Notes: generated from the letters alone by a model not told the origin. A stretch of 64,000 bases of DNA from Octopus sinensis (GCF_006345805.1 NC_042998.1:188604001-188668000); one strand, 5' to 3'. Counted from the stretch's first letter, positions 14,264 through 27,253 are shown. Numbers and translations: made by a program.

Positions 14264-14780
14264 ATTATGAAGAACAAACTAAATTAAATATGAAAATCAG
14301 AGGATACACCAATACAAGAGTGGGTACATACCCATAATATATAATATACACATACATATGAGTGCATATGCCCATACTCCTATACATATATATATACATA
14401 TACATAATAATAATATACAGCAATATACATACATATTTTCTATATTCAATGTTACAGTTGGTCAAAACAATATATTAGAATATTACAATATAGAAACATA
14501 CGCATATCTATATTCAAATGCAGATATACAAAGTCAAGAGTTAAGTTACAAATTGCCATTAATATTACCATCATTACTATTACCATTGCCACTATTGCTA
14601 CTAATATCATTATTATTATTATTAATAGCATTTATATTTATATATACATGTATATATATATATTATATAATATATATAGATATATATATATATATATTAT
14701 ATATATATATATATATGTAAATATATATATGTATATATATATAATATATATATAATATTATATATATATAGGTGTATATA

Positions 14781-14846
<66 letters not shown>

Positions 14847-15001
14847 CAAAGGAATTCCAACTCTGTTTTTTATGTTTTATTTATATTCTTTATAATATTA
14901 ACGTAGAATATAGAATATATAGTATAAATAGTATATATAGTAAAATGAAATGAAATATTGATTGTCTTATTGAATAGATGAAATACTGAATATGAAATAT
15001 T

Positions 15002-15049
15002 AAGGGACTAGTTTACTTTCTTGCATTAAAGCAGTCTTCAAGGTCCCTT
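15002..15049 (-). ncRNA. Hammerhead-like motif with 1-nt core insertion
   Basis: Minus strand: AAGGGAC-CTTGAAGA-CTGC tttaat GCAA-GAA-AGT aa ACT-A-GTCCCTT; perfect 7-bp stem I; element lies between (TA)n tracts. Confidence 0.55.
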
Positions 15050-15064
15050 GTTGTGACAGGAGTG

Positions 15065-15117
<53 letters not shown>

Positions 15118-15945
15118 TAATGTGTATATATATTAATATTTATATATATTTCTTCATATGCTTGCACTCATTTCTGCAAGCATTCTGTTATGGGAAAACT
15201 AAATTGCTAAAAGCGGTCTAATTATTACTGTTTATATTCATTATTTATTATCTATAGGCGTGCTTACTACTTATTCAATGCAATAATAGACAACTTGGTA
15301 ACCTCACCATAAAATTAACTTAAATCTACAATCGTCAATGAGAAGTAAAAAAGAAATTTAAGAAAAAGGAATATATCAGAGACTGAAAGATTGCTACTAT
15401 TGAAACGGCAAATACACGCAGAGACACACGCACAAGTGCTAACACTTTGAAAGGCACACAGACGAAAATGCACAAAGACACCAAAGTCACCCAGATTATA
15501 TTTGAAAACAACTATTATGATGAAGATAATATCATTATTATTATTATCTTTCTTATTGTTAACGTTCTTGATAACCAATTTAATATTTACTTACATTTCG
15601 TCATAAAAACAACATAAACAGAAATCATTTTTCAGTTTTATACCTCATGTCTGTTAAAGATAAGATTGAATTCCCTTTCAGGCCCAATTTGCTTGATACT
15701 CTTGTGAATTACTCGCGAGAATAATACGAATAATCGTAGCGTGTATCACCTTTATTTTTCTTTAATTTTAACAAAAATGCCTTTTATTCTTTATAGCACT
15801 TTTTCCTCTGTCTCCAGTAACGACAGAACCAAAATTGTATGTAAAACTTATAAGTGGATATGAATGAGTCAAAATTGATACCGAACGTAAGGTGTTATTG
15901 AAATACTGTTTCATATAGTTAAACGATTCAGGTTTGTACACAAGT

Positions 15946-16330
15946 TGGAAGCACTCCGTCGGTTACGACGATGAGGGTTCCGGTTGATCCGAATCAACGG
16001 AACAGCCTGCTCGTGAAATTAACGTGTAAGTGGCTGAGCACTCCACAGACACGTGCACCCTTAACGTAGTTCTCGGGGATATTCAGCGTGACACAGAGAG
16101 TGACAAGGCCGGCCCCTTGAAATACAGGTACAACAGAAACAGGAAGTAAGAGTGAGAGAAAGTTGTGGTGAAAGAGTACAGCAGGGATCACCACCATCCC
16201 CTGCCGGAGCCTCGTGGAGCTTTTAGGTGTTTTCGCTCAATAAACACTCACAACGCCCGGTCTGGGAATCGAAACCGAGATCCTATGACCGCGAGTCCGC
16301 TGTCCTAACCACTGGGCCATTGCGCCTCCA
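15946..16330 (-). mobile_element. SINE family B (tail type 2)
   Basis: Near-identical to 7439-7822; 11-bp TSD TGTACACAAGT at 15935-15945 and 16332-16342. Confidence 0.92.
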
Positions 16331-16919
16331 CTGTACACAAGTAAGAGTTCAAACGAAACGTTAACGATATCATTTCCACCGATCTACGAAAGCTATGACC
16401 ACATCCCCTTCTTCAAGACGAAATGAACGAAACAAAAAAATATCCCTAAATAGCAAAGTGGGGGAATTCTTGAACAAAATTGATTGGATGTTACTGAAAT
16501 GTAGCAGCTGCGAAAAAGTCAATAATGAGTGTAACATTAGAATTTTCGAAGATTATCAAACTGGAAGGAAAAATATATCAACACATAAAAAAAAAAATGC
16601 TTTCAGTGCACTTTTCAAGCGAATAAATAAGGAAATATTGTCTATTTTTAAAATCATAAGCCCAAAATGGAATGAACTTATTAAAAGGATTGACTATCAA
16701 TATTTAAACCGTACAGCATGCATAATTATTGGTACCTGGTATCTGAGATTGAAATAAATCAACTTAATAGAAAAAAAGCAAGTTTTTTTTAGTAAGAATC
16801 GCGAAAATTATTTCAAGCAGAGGACATCATTACGTGTTCTATAATTTTGAAAATCATGCGATAAGGTGAGTGGGTGTAGCACACACAAAAGCATATATAC
16901 ACACACACACCTATATATA

Positions 16920-16962
<43 letters not shown>

Positions 16963-17058
16963 ATATATATATATATATATTACATATATATATTATATAT
17001 AATATATATATATATATACTTATATATATAATATATATATACATACATATATATATAT

Positions 17059-17092
<34 letters not shown>

Positions 17093-17173
17093 ATTATATG
17101 CATATATATACATATATATATACACACATATATATATTATATATATATAGATGTGTATATATATATTATATGC

Positions 17174-17234
<61 letters not shown>

Positions 17235-17349
17235 TATACATACATACATGTATAATCATTATTATTTCTAAATCACTCAAAGAGATATTCAATAACAGAT
17301 CTTTAAAGTAAAGACTATTTGACATATATACACATATACATATATATAG

Positions 17350-17533
17350 TTCAGATTTATAGAAAAACAAAGACGAAGACAGGTGTAGGAACAACACGCA
17401 AGTGTTTTAGTGTATTAGTTTGATGCTCGGGAAATGGAAAAGTCTCTTACTTTTCAAGCCTTGGCTCTTCGATAGAAAGGAATGAGAGGAAATAAACAAA
17501 GAGAGAATGAAAAAAATGTGTTGATTTCAGTGG

Positions 17534-17535
<2 letters not shown>
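17350..17535 (-). mobile_element. Diverged family H1 element with decayed HHR-like motif (17444-17479)
   Basis: Minus strand CTTT-CTATCGA-A-GAGC CAAG GCTT-GAAAAGTA-AGAG; similar to 48200-48415; between (TA)n tracts. Confidence 0.55.
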
Positions 17536-17588
<53 letters not shown>

Positions 17589-17662
17589 GTTATATATATA
17601 TATGTTATATATATATATATTATACATACATATATATATATATATATATATGTTATACATAC

Positions 17663-17711
<49 letters not shown>

Positions 17712-18670
17712 AACATATATATATAACATATGTATATATATAATTATATATATATATTATTATATATATAATATATTTATATATATATAATTATCAAAGT
17801 TAAATGGTGATATCGTTAGAAAAAAATTTTGTAAAATAAGAATAGTTTTAGAATTTTAAATTATTTTAAATGTACAACTTTTCGCCACGAAAACGAACAT
17901 GCGCCCGTGCTGTCAAAGCTACCTCACACCCCCTGTCATTAATGTGTTGCCATTCTCCCATTATCCTACAATACGCCCGTTACAATATTATCTTACAATT
18001 TGCTGTGACCTGTGCTGTGTTATTTCAGGACACCCACCACCAAATTTCAAGCAGGAGCATAACAAAAGTTTTCCATTCTGATTTGTGATTTATAAAGAAT
18101 TTGCCATTTTCGATGGGTGTGCAGCGCACATCTAACACACCCGGAACGTACACCCCTGCAAAGTTATAAATTCACATTTATACGTATAATAATTGGTACA
18201 TCAGGTTTTCTAGTGACAATTTGGAAAAAGTTAGAAAAAGTAATCAACTGGCTAACACGCTTATTACAAATATATCATTTACCCCTACGTAAATTTCACC
18301 ATTCTGGTTGTTTAGAAGTTTGCATTAGATGTTCTTAGTGCTATTCGATGCTTCACCACAACGGGTCATCGGGTAACTCTTTATTGCGTTATGTTACAGA
18401 ATTGTTGCATAATCCACAATTCCAAACAACAACATTGGTAAGCTTACGAAGGAACAAATGATTTAAACTTGTTTTCCGTTATTTTTCCTACATATATATA
18501 TATGTATATTTGTTTATGGTGATCACATGTATGTGCTGTACATTAGCTCACCTCTTCCGGATGGTATACTACACGCCAAGTGTTGAATTGATCGCAGATC
18601 AACTTGAGATTAAATATTTTGCAGAAGAACACAAAGTATCCCTGGTCCAGGAAATGAAACTACGATTTCG

Positions 18671-18717
<47 letters not shown>

Positions 18718-18719
18718 TA

Positions 18720-19030
18720 CAGGATGCAACAAAATAGATGTACACAACCCTTTTCAATAGGAGTTGACTCAACTGTGGAAAATGAAAAAGATGAAATTAA
18801 TGCCAAATTTTGTTGCGTCCTAGGATACAGTATCAGAAGGCATGAAGAAGAGTATAGACAATAGGAATAGAGTGCCCAGTGGACATGTTACAAAAGATTT
18901 GCCTCCTTGGCGCATCCAAAATCATCAGGAATGTATTAGATATTTGAAAAGAACAGAAAACATGATACTGTAGGCTGCACATAGCTAGTCACTATGCATT
19001 CAAGACTCCACCTCCAGCTCTTAGAACGGT
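18720..19030 (+). pseudogene. R4/Dong-type LINE 3' fragment (decayed)
   Basis: Fragments ELTQLWKMKKMKLMP and IGIECPVDMLQKICLLGASKIIRNVLDI* parallel the C-terminus of the 62558-63373 ORF; similar to 30056-30275. Confidence 0.65.
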
Positions 19031-19219
19031 GCTATTTTTATGTACGCACATATTTTAGATTGTACTCGTAATAAAACCACTAGGCTAATTAGCAATGATT
19101 TTCAATGTTATAATTAGCTGTTTCAAGGAACAGAGGTTGTTCGGAACTAGCTAAAAACGTATCACTCATATTCAGATCTAACCGATACAGCCGTAACTCT
19201 GCCTCTTTTCTTCTATACC

Positions 19220-19451
19220 TATTTCGTTACTACCCACAAGGGGCTAAACACAGAGAGGACAAACAGGGACAGACAAACGGGTTAAGTCGATTATATCGAC
19301 CCCAGTGCGTAACTGCTACTTAATTTATCGACCCCGTAAGGATGAAAGGCAAAGTCGACCTCGGTGGAATTTGAACTCAGAACGTAAGAAGCAGACGAAA
19401 TACTGCTAAGCATTTCGCCCGGCGTGCTAACGTCTCTGCCAGCTCGCTGCC
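19220..19451 (-). mobile_element. SINE family A monomer
   Basis: Homologous to 2397-2811; TSD CTTTTCTTCTATACC on both sides. Confidence 0.9.
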
Positions 19452-20439
19452 CTCGAGCTTTTCTTCTATACCGGTTGAGCCCTACTCACCCAGTAGACTC
19501 ATCACCAATTACTATATTCATTCTGTTATTCCTAGAATTTCAGCGTTCTGGTATTTCCTTCCCATCTGTGTTCTGCCTGCAAATATCAACAACATCAATA
19601 TCAATAATATCCGAGGGACTGCGAATGTCATGGCTATTTTTTTTCTTCCTTTGACTAATATCCGAGTAAAACAAATAACAGGATAAAGCAAGTAATGATA
19701 ATCATAGACTAACTTGTGTCATAGTGACGAAATTAAATCCTTTAGTATTTTATAAGTGGTATTGTAATTGATTCCATATTTGATTCATCGTACTACACTC
19801 TATTTTATGCCACAAAGATAAAGTCTGTAGTTTATTTTATTTTGATTGGGTATACTTCTATTTATGTGAGAGCCTATAGTATTTAGCTGCTGCCTCAGAA
19901 AAGTTCTAGTAATAATTTTATCGCTTCCCGAGCGGTTTGATCTGAAAACAGTGCGACAACAAACGAAAGCAACAATATCAAACGGTTTTCGAATGAATTT
20001 GCAAATTGATATTAATATTTCAATAGATATAAATTATTGATATTTCATGGAAATATTAAACTGAAGATGTAAAGACTAAAATATTTTTGATACGGAATAA
20101 TTCATAGATTTTGAAAATTTTAGTACATACATAATATATAATACCAAGTCAATAACACATTGTTTGTAAAATATTTCGTAAAATATATTGTGTATTTATT
20201 CAGATATATAACAGAGATACGAATGCAAATTGAAGAACCAGGAAAAGTCTTCGAAAAAGTAAAACATCTTGAGTATACAAAAAGATTTGGAGATTTCCAT
20301 GAATAAATCAAAGCGCCTGGAGGTTTTCTTCTTAATAAAGTAAAATTCCCTTGTCATTCATCGCCTCAACCATATTTGACAGGCAAAAATGGTCTATAAT
20401 AACATTAGACTGCGTACATATGCACCAGATGCATATACA

Positions 20440-20503
<64 letters not shown>

Positions 20504-20506
20504 CAC

Positions 20507-20757
20507 GGAGGCGCAATGGCCTAGTGGTTAGGGCAGCGGACTCGCGGTCGTAGGATGAGTGTTTATTGAGCGAAAACACCTAAAGCTCCACAACGCTCCG
20601 GCAGGGGGTGGTGGAGATCCCTGCTGTACTCCTTCGCCACAACTTTCTCTCACTCTTTCTTCTGTTGGCCTGCTCGCATAGCAAGCGGGGTGGCGTCATT
20701 TGAAGGCTAAAACAATGCGAAGCGCATTGTGACCAGCGATGTGTAACAACATCTGAT
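20507..20757 (+). mobile_element. SINE family B (tail type 1), B box deleted
   Basis: GGAGGCGCAATGGCCTAGTGG head joined directly to GAGTGTTTATTGAGCG. Confidence 0.85.
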
Positions 20758-21081
20758 ATATATACACATAGATAGATACACACTCATGTGTGTGAGTGTG
20801 TGATTGTGTGTATGTGCGTGTGTGTCAGTTTGTGTGTATTTGTATGCTTAATACATATAAACATGCATAAACACACGCACACACATATTTAAGGATTATA
20901 TTTCTACTTCGAAGTTAGCTGGTTTCTTACCACAACCATTCAGGTACACCGACCAACTCAAGTCTCCTCCTCTCGTCACTGTTTTTAAATGGATCATTGA
21001 CTGCATTAAACTAACTGGTCTTTGATGGCCTGCAGATGTCATGAGCATTGATCCTTCTTCAAACTCAACAAGTTTCGTGGT

Positions 21082-21502
21082 ACTCTTTTACTCGTTTACT
21101 CTTTTACTTGTTTCAGTCATTTGACTGCGGCCATGCTGGAGCACCTTCTTTAGCCGAGCAAATCGACCCCAGGACTTATTCTTTGTAAGCCTAGAAACTT
21201 ATTCTATCGGTCTTTTGCCGAACCGCTTAAGTTACGGGAACGTAAACACACCAGCGTCGGTTGTCAAGCGATGTTGGGGAGGGGGACAAATACAGACACA
21301 CAAACACATATACACACATGCACACATATATATACATATATACAACAGGCTTCTTTCAGTTTCCGTCTACCAAATCCACTCACAAGGCTTTGGTCGGCCC
21401 GAGGCTATAGTAGAAGACACTTGCCCAAGGTGCCACGCAGTGGGACTGAACCCGGAACCATGTGGTTGGTAAGCAAGCTACTTACCACACAGCCACTCCT
21501 AC
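21082..21502 (-). mobile_element. tRNA-derived SINE family C (CORE-like centre, internal TG/TA microsatellite)
   Basis: Head GGAGTGGCTGTGTGG, GGTTCAGTCCC, CORE-like GCACCTTGGGCAAGTG, tail GTAAAAGA repeats; many copies in window. Confidence 0.9.
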
Positions 21503-21505
21503 ACC

Positions 21506-21852
21506 TAGGGTATTATTAATTAGGGAATTATTACTGATCATGAAACCACAATATTACAAGACAAGCTTGTTAACCACACAGTCATATCTGTGCATATGTA
21601 TCTCTTTATAAACATACAATGTTAATCACACTGGGAAAAAGTTAAGAACGTGACTAACCCCATAAGTCTTATTTCTCTGTTAACAGAAACTCTTTCTGTA
21701 CACAGAAAAAGCGCGATCAGTCTAATTAATTTCTACTCTTCTCAAAGATTTATCAACTAACGTATAATGTCTACAATTTTGGGCTCTAATTTGTGTAGAA
21801 GTGCCTAAGCTGACAACCCGAATATATTAATTCCCTAATTAATAATACCCTA
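21506..21852. mobile_element. MITE-like element with perfect 25-bp terminal inverted repeats
   Basis: TAGGGTATTATTAATTAGGGAATTA (21506-21530) is the exact reverse complement of 21828-21852. Confidence 0.65.
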
Positions 21853-22149
21853 AACCACATTCGTGAATAATTTGAAATTTAATATTGTGTAAGACATGCC
21901 TGCTGTGAAAATTAAATAAAATGATTACAACATACCATTTTAAGACAACAGAAAGCTAGAAGCTGTTAGGATGTAGTAATTTTTACACGTTTCCCACCAT
22001 CAGAAAACGTCGTATCATGCACAATAAATGAATTAATTAATCCACGCTGTCAGCATTATGTAAATTATTCTTCAGTTTAGCTGAGTACGGGTTTGTATGC
22101 ATTATAAAGAGCTACAAGCCATTAATCTCTGTGTGGATACACTTTACTT

Positions 22150-22374
22150 TCTCTCTTTTTTTTTTCTTGCTTCAGTCATTTGACTGTGGCCATGCTGGAG
22201 CACCGCGTTTAGCCGAGGAAATATACCCAAGGACTTATTCTTTGTAAGCCTAGTACTTATTCTATCGGTTCTCTTTTGCCGAACCGCTAAGTTACGGGGA
22301 CGTAAACACACCAGCATCGGTTGTCAAGCGACGTTGGGGGGACAAACACAGACACACAAACATACACACACACT

Positions 22375-22412
<38 letters not shown>

Positions 22413-22586
22413 ATATATATATATACGACGGGCTTCTTTCAGTTTCCGTCTACCAAATTCACTCACAAAACTTTGGTCGGCCCGAGGCTATAGTAGAAGA
22501 CTCTTGCCCAAGGTGCCACGCAGTGAGACTAAACTCGAAACCATGCGGTTGGTAAGCAAGCTACTTACCACACAGCCACTCCTGCG

Positions 22587-22590
<4 letters not shown>
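22150..22590 (-). mobile_element. SINE family C
   Basis: Full-length homolog of 21082-21502. Confidence 0.9.
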
Positions 22591-22628
<38 letters not shown>

Positions 22629-22705
22629 TGCATGTATGTATGTACGTACTCGCGCACAAGCATACATACACATACAGTTCTATATTTAAGAGATGTGGAA
22701 TTATG

Positions 22706-22840
22706 TACATTATTTACATTATTTACAATTGATGGATATTTGTCCTCATCTTGTTTGTTGTTATGCCCACGGCATATGGCGTTGTGGTTAAGAGCGCGGG
22801 CTACTAACCCCAAGACTCCGAGTTCGATTCCAGGCAATGA

Positions 22841-22891
<51 letters not shown>

Positions 22892-23107
22892 GAAGAAGAA
22901 GAAGAAGAGAAGAAGAAGAAGAAGAAGAAGAAGAAAGAAGAAGAAGAAGAAGAAGATCGAAAGATACCTTAGGAATGAGAACCCAGGTTCGAAATTTCCC
23001 CCAAGACACCTCATGAAGGCTGAAGGGTATATCAGTCGAAACGGTGTGTTAACAACAAACAAGATGAGGACAAATATCTGTCAATTGTAAATAATGTAAA
23101 TAATGTA
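22706..23107 (+). mobile_element. Chimeric element: tRNA-like head + (AAT)n(AAG)n + HHR-like pLTR, bounded by 58-bp inverted repeats
   Basis: IR arms 22706-22763/23050-23107 (2 mismatches); A box TGGCGTTGTGG, B box GAGTTCGATTCC; HHR-like motif 23006-23049. Confidence 0.75.
23006..23049 (+). ncRNA. Minimal type I hammerhead-like motif (mutated copy)
   Basis: ACAC-CTCATGA-A-GGCTGA agggtata TCAGTC-GAAAC-GG-T-GTGT; stems I and II intact; G5->C and U16.1->G. Confidence 0.6.
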
Positions 23108-23759
23108 TACACACACATGTATAAATAAGAAACACCTTTCAATGCACTCGATGACTTACAATGAATATAATCGAAGAATATTTGGAATCAATAAAAATGT
23201 TACACCAAGGTTATTGGTTGTGTCAAGTAAAGATACTATCGTTGCCTCAAGGTTCCATTGGCTTTCTTTTACCGCATTTACTTCACTTATCTCGGGGAAT
23301 ATATTACCCTTGGGCAATCTTAAGTAATTGTACTAAGAAATCAAAATACTGTCGTTATATGTAATCTTAATTAGTTTATTATGTGTCAAATATAATTAAG
23401 CGAAAATCTAAACTTTGTATAGTTCGCCATGAAACTAACCTCCAACTAGAACTGATTTGATTGAATCAGATAAATAAGCATTAAAGAATTAACATCATTT
23501 ACAGTCTTTGAGTATTGATTTTGTATCCTCTTGTGAAAGGATAAACAGTCATAATAGAAAATGCATGCCTCATCTCATAGATTTTGTTGCGACCATAAAA
23601 CAAAATGGCTGAATAATGCTTTTAAAGTCAAATTTGAATTATTTATTAACGTATACATATATATGAAAGCACCATCGTCGAATACAACAAAGAAAAATGT
23701 GGTATATTGATAATAATATTGGATATTTAGTTAGAGGAGGAAGAGAAGTGTTTAGGAAT

Positions 23760-24330
23760 TTTACAGGCACTCTCAGACTGGTGAAATGGATGCTGTTGAA
23801 ATCCATCTTGAAAATAAGGTTGGAGATGAACACTGAAAGGTGTTGTTCTGAAGCAGAAACATATACGAGGTGTTAAATGCAGAGTGAGTGGTGAGGCATG
23901 ACACGGGTAATTTCTATAGGAGAAGCAAATGTACAGATTATGCTTGAGGGTTGGCATAAAGCGGGATACTTCATAAAAACAGATGCCGTTACAATGGCAG
24001 TGGAAAGCAGAAAGACAATAGATAGCTTATTTTTGAGCCAATAGTTGTAGCGTATGGGTGACTGAAGCTTTGGTAGTTTGTCGAATGGCCTTTATTGGAT
24101 GCAGTCGAGGATATTTTCGTGTGTAGCAGCGGTGCAGTGTCAGATACGTAAGCGGCACATTAGCGCTAATTTTACTTGATCTTATAAAGATGAGTCAGTA
24201 TCTAATCAAGTCTGAAGCACTTTGTAGTCTTTAAAATGTCATTTTGGCAGGTAGTGGGAACAATATAAAAAATCACGCGTGGTTGATAGGCGTTGAACAT
24301 TTTGTGATGTTTTTCATATAGGTATTATAA
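23760..24330 (-). pseudogene. Highly decayed L2/CR1-group LINE 3' end
   Basis: Minus-strand remnants ILDCIQ..., LQLLAQK.AIYCLSAFHCHCNG and ..LQPYF/FKMDFN resemble LINE ORF2 C-termini; many disruptions. Confidence 0.4.
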
Positions 24331-24357
24331 AACAGTGGCAAGGTGAGCTATTTTATA

Positions 24358-24470
24358 CAGTGTAATTTCAGTTTACGAACGCCTCTCATCACGAACAAAT
24401 CTGTTTACGAACAATTTTTCGAACATAAAATATCTCGAGTGACAAACGGTGTCTCGAGTAACGAGCACAC
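24358..24470 (+). mobile_element. Tigger/pogo-like DNA transposon end
   Basis: TA-CAGTGTAATTTCAGTTTACGAAC start with repeated TTTACGAAC/TCACGAAC subterminal motifs; partner TIR not found. Confidence 0.45.
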
Positions 24471-25580
24471 AAACCAGCACCAATGGTTGGCAACAAGCTG
24501 GGGATATCGGCAGGAGGGGGTCAGTTATTATATAGCTTTCGCTCAGGGCATATCCCTGCTCGAAGATGTTTCCTTGATCTCTATTCATTGGAGCGATACT
24601 AGCCTCTCGTAAAGTATATGCTCTAGATATGGCAGACACCACATCTTAGAGCAAATTTGAAACATATAATGTAGCTTAAAACACTTAGAAATACATAGAA
24701 ATGCACTTAGTGAGGTTTGCTGTGCAGAGAAGCAGTGTATGCAGAAAAGTGAGAGATGTCAGAATGGCTTGCAGGTTGGACTGATGTCTACTATTGATGA
24801 TGTGAAAGAAATTGCACTGGATTATATGTCAGCTCCGTAATTAATTAAAACTACTCTTTAATTTTTAACTTGTTTCAGCAATTGGACTGTGGTCATACTA
24901 GGGTACCTCTTTGAAGAGTTTAGTCGGTCTTATCAACCCCACTACTATTATAAGTCTTGTACTTATTCAATCGTTTTCTTTTTACCGAACCTCTACGTTG
25001 CTGCAATATACAAAAACAAACACTAGTTGCCATAATAACAAGCACAAAGGTGCACACGTTTGCACAGATACACATACATACACAAACACGCACAGGTGAA
25101 GATCACACTCGACTTAGAAAACATAAATGTATAACTTATCATAGACGGAAATTGAACAGTGAAGTAAAATGCAAGATTCGATAAGTTCTGTGCCAACAAC
25201 GTACTATTGAAACTTCATTATAGTGTTTCAATTATGCATGTTTCAAATCAACCCTGATGGAGTAGTCTTATGATCAAAAGTGTTGTTGTCATAGCACATC
25301 TAGCACTACAACGTCATATGAACCCTAATTCTTTAAAGAAGGTACGGTGTAATTGGATGATAATGCGACAGCTCTTTCCAGCAGATCGAAGGTATAGAAC
25401 TTTTTTTAATCTTTTCAAGGATAAGATACAAATACTGTTCAGTATTTTCACCACCATTCGATCTTCTCCGTTTCACTGGTTTAAAGCTCCCTTCCTCGGA
25501 ATGAATGGAAATATATTAAATTTGAATTTAATTTATATAAAATGACCATGTAGAGGTAGGATATAAGTAGTTAAAAATTC

Positions 25581-25737
25581 GGTGCGCTGACATGGCCGTG
25601 TGGTTAAGATATTTGCTTCGAGTTTTCCGGTTCAGTTCCACTACATGGAACCTTGGGCAAATATTGTTATTATAGCTCCGGGGTGATCAATGCCTTGTGA
25701 GTGAATTTTGGTAGAAACTGTATGGAAGCCCGTCGCT

Positions 25738-25740
<3 letters not shown>
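25581..25740 (+). mobile_element. SINE family C, diverged 5' half
   Basis: TGGCCGTGTGG, CCTTGGGCAAA and GCCTTGTGAGTG motifs. Confidence 0.7.
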
Positions 25741-25769
<29 letters not shown>

Positions 25770-25841
25770 ATGTGCTGTACCGTGTCAGAAAGATCAACAA
25801 AAAAGTACTCCATCTTGTGAGAGATAAATACATGTCTTTAA

Positions 25842-25896
25842 GTGCTACTAATAGTTTCATATGTTGAGAAATATCTCAGTCATATTCATCAGGCAC
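25842..25896 (-). ncRNA. Type I hammerhead ribozyme, canonical core, in Penelope pLTR
   Basis: GTGC-CTGATGA-ATATG(acTGAGAtattTCTCAa)CATAT-GAA-ACT att AGT-A-GCAC; all core nucleotides canonical, GUA cleavage triplet. Confidence 0.8.
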
Positions 25897-26101
25897 AAAC
25901 TACATACCATAACGAACTAAAAAAATTGAATAAGAGAAGAAATACGAAAAATCTGAGAAGACAGCACATAGAAAAAGTAGAAGGTCAAAATAAAACGGAA
26001 AACGAAAACGAAAACGTAACAATTAAAAGGTAAAAAGTAAAAAGGCAAAAGAGTTATCCTCCTTAGACCTTAAATTATAAGGCTGGAAAGATATCAACAA
26101 G

Positions 26102-26464
26102 TTAGTCAAGTGTAGGTGGAATTTCAGACCTGTATTTCAGTAGAGAGTTAGAGATCTTTGATCTGAACCGGACCTGAGCTCTTACAGCTAAACATAGCCT
26201 AAATTTATTCGATTCATTAACATAAGATATGGATTTCTCAATTATTTTCCACTTAATCACACGTGGTGTTTCGTTATCTTTCAAAGTCCATACGTAGCTA
26301 GCCAGCTTAGTAGCTTTGCTTTTGTCCCTATATCGGAAGGAGGCTATGTGATTGGTGTAGCGATTTTCAAATTCTCCTTCATATAATCCAATATAGGTCT
26401 TATCTGTTGTATTATCATTTAGGGTTGCAGTAAATTCTACCTCATATATGACATATTTAATCAT
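26102..26464 (-). pseudogene. Penelope-type GIY-YIG endonuclease domain
   Basis: VIYEV...TYIG...FENRYTNH..SF.....KATKLASYVWTLKD.....IKWKII...FRLCL. Confidence 0.88.
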
Positions 26465-27039
26465 ACATCGTTGGACAGGATTCTGGGTTGCGACGGTTAC
26501 AACTGGATTTAAGCTCTTGGTACTGACTTCGTGTAACGATACTCTTCATATTGGGGTTGTAGTTATATGATAGAACGCCTATTAAATATTTTCCGGTATC
26601 TATAAGTTACTGGAAAGTGCTTGTCAAGGAGAAACAAGAATATTTTACCCATGTCAGATTTTCTATTAAGGTAAAAAGGAGGAGCGAACCAAATAGTTTT
26701 CCTTGACCCATTTTTAGGTCACTTAATATTATTATTTTGGCCCAGGATCTTATTCACTTTATGTCAGAAATTTTCAGCGGTTGTATACATATGTATAAAT
26801 ATATTTTGAAGAATTGGAAAATTCTGCCTATACCTGACTAACTTGTTGATATCTTTCCAGCCTTATAGTTTAAGGTCAAAAGAGGATAACTCTTTTACAT
26901 TTTAGTTGTTACATTTTCATTTTCCGTTTTACGTTTCAGTGTGTTTTCAACCTTCCGCATTTTCTATATGTTGCCGTCTCAGCTTTTTCGCGTCTCCTCC
27001 CTTATTCAATTTTTTTTAGTCCGTTATGATATGTGGTTT

Positions 27040-27094
27040 GTGCCTGATGGATATGTTTGAGATATTTCTCAATATATGAAACTATTCGTAACAC
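27040..27094 (+). ncRNA. Decayed hammerhead in the inverted pLTR
   Basis: GTGC-CTGATGG-ATATG...TATAT-GAAACTATTCGTA-ACAC; A9->G and stem mismatches. Confidence 0.6.
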
Positions 27095-27190
27095 TTAAAG
27101 ACATGTATTGTGTCCTTTTAATAAATAATGCATACACACAACACATACACACACTTGTATATGTGCGTATGTGCGAGTGTGTGCATGTGT

Positions 27191-27253
<63 letters not shown>

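Larger units (their letters stand above)
25771..27130 (-). mobile_element. 5'-truncated Penelope-like retroelement with inverted pLTRs (copy 1)
   Basis: GIY-YIG ORF 26102-26464; upstream linker IWFAPPFY...GKIFLFLLDKHFP...YRKIFNR; diverged inverted arms about 25826-26115 and 26827-27108, each with an HHR-like motif. Confidence 0.9.

Noticed and set aside
16395-16757. 120-aa non-repetitive ORF
   Set aside because: No recognisable motif or splice signals; AT-rich ORF compatible with chance
18720-18822. Small MITE with CAGGATGCAACAAAAT inverted ends
   Set aside because: The segment reads as part of an R4/Dong ORF C-terminus continuing to about 18950, so the inverted match is probably incidental
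22771-22835. tRNA gene (also the heads of SINE A, B and C)
   Set aside because: A/B boxes are present but no complete cloverleaf is evident, and each is attached to a repeat body
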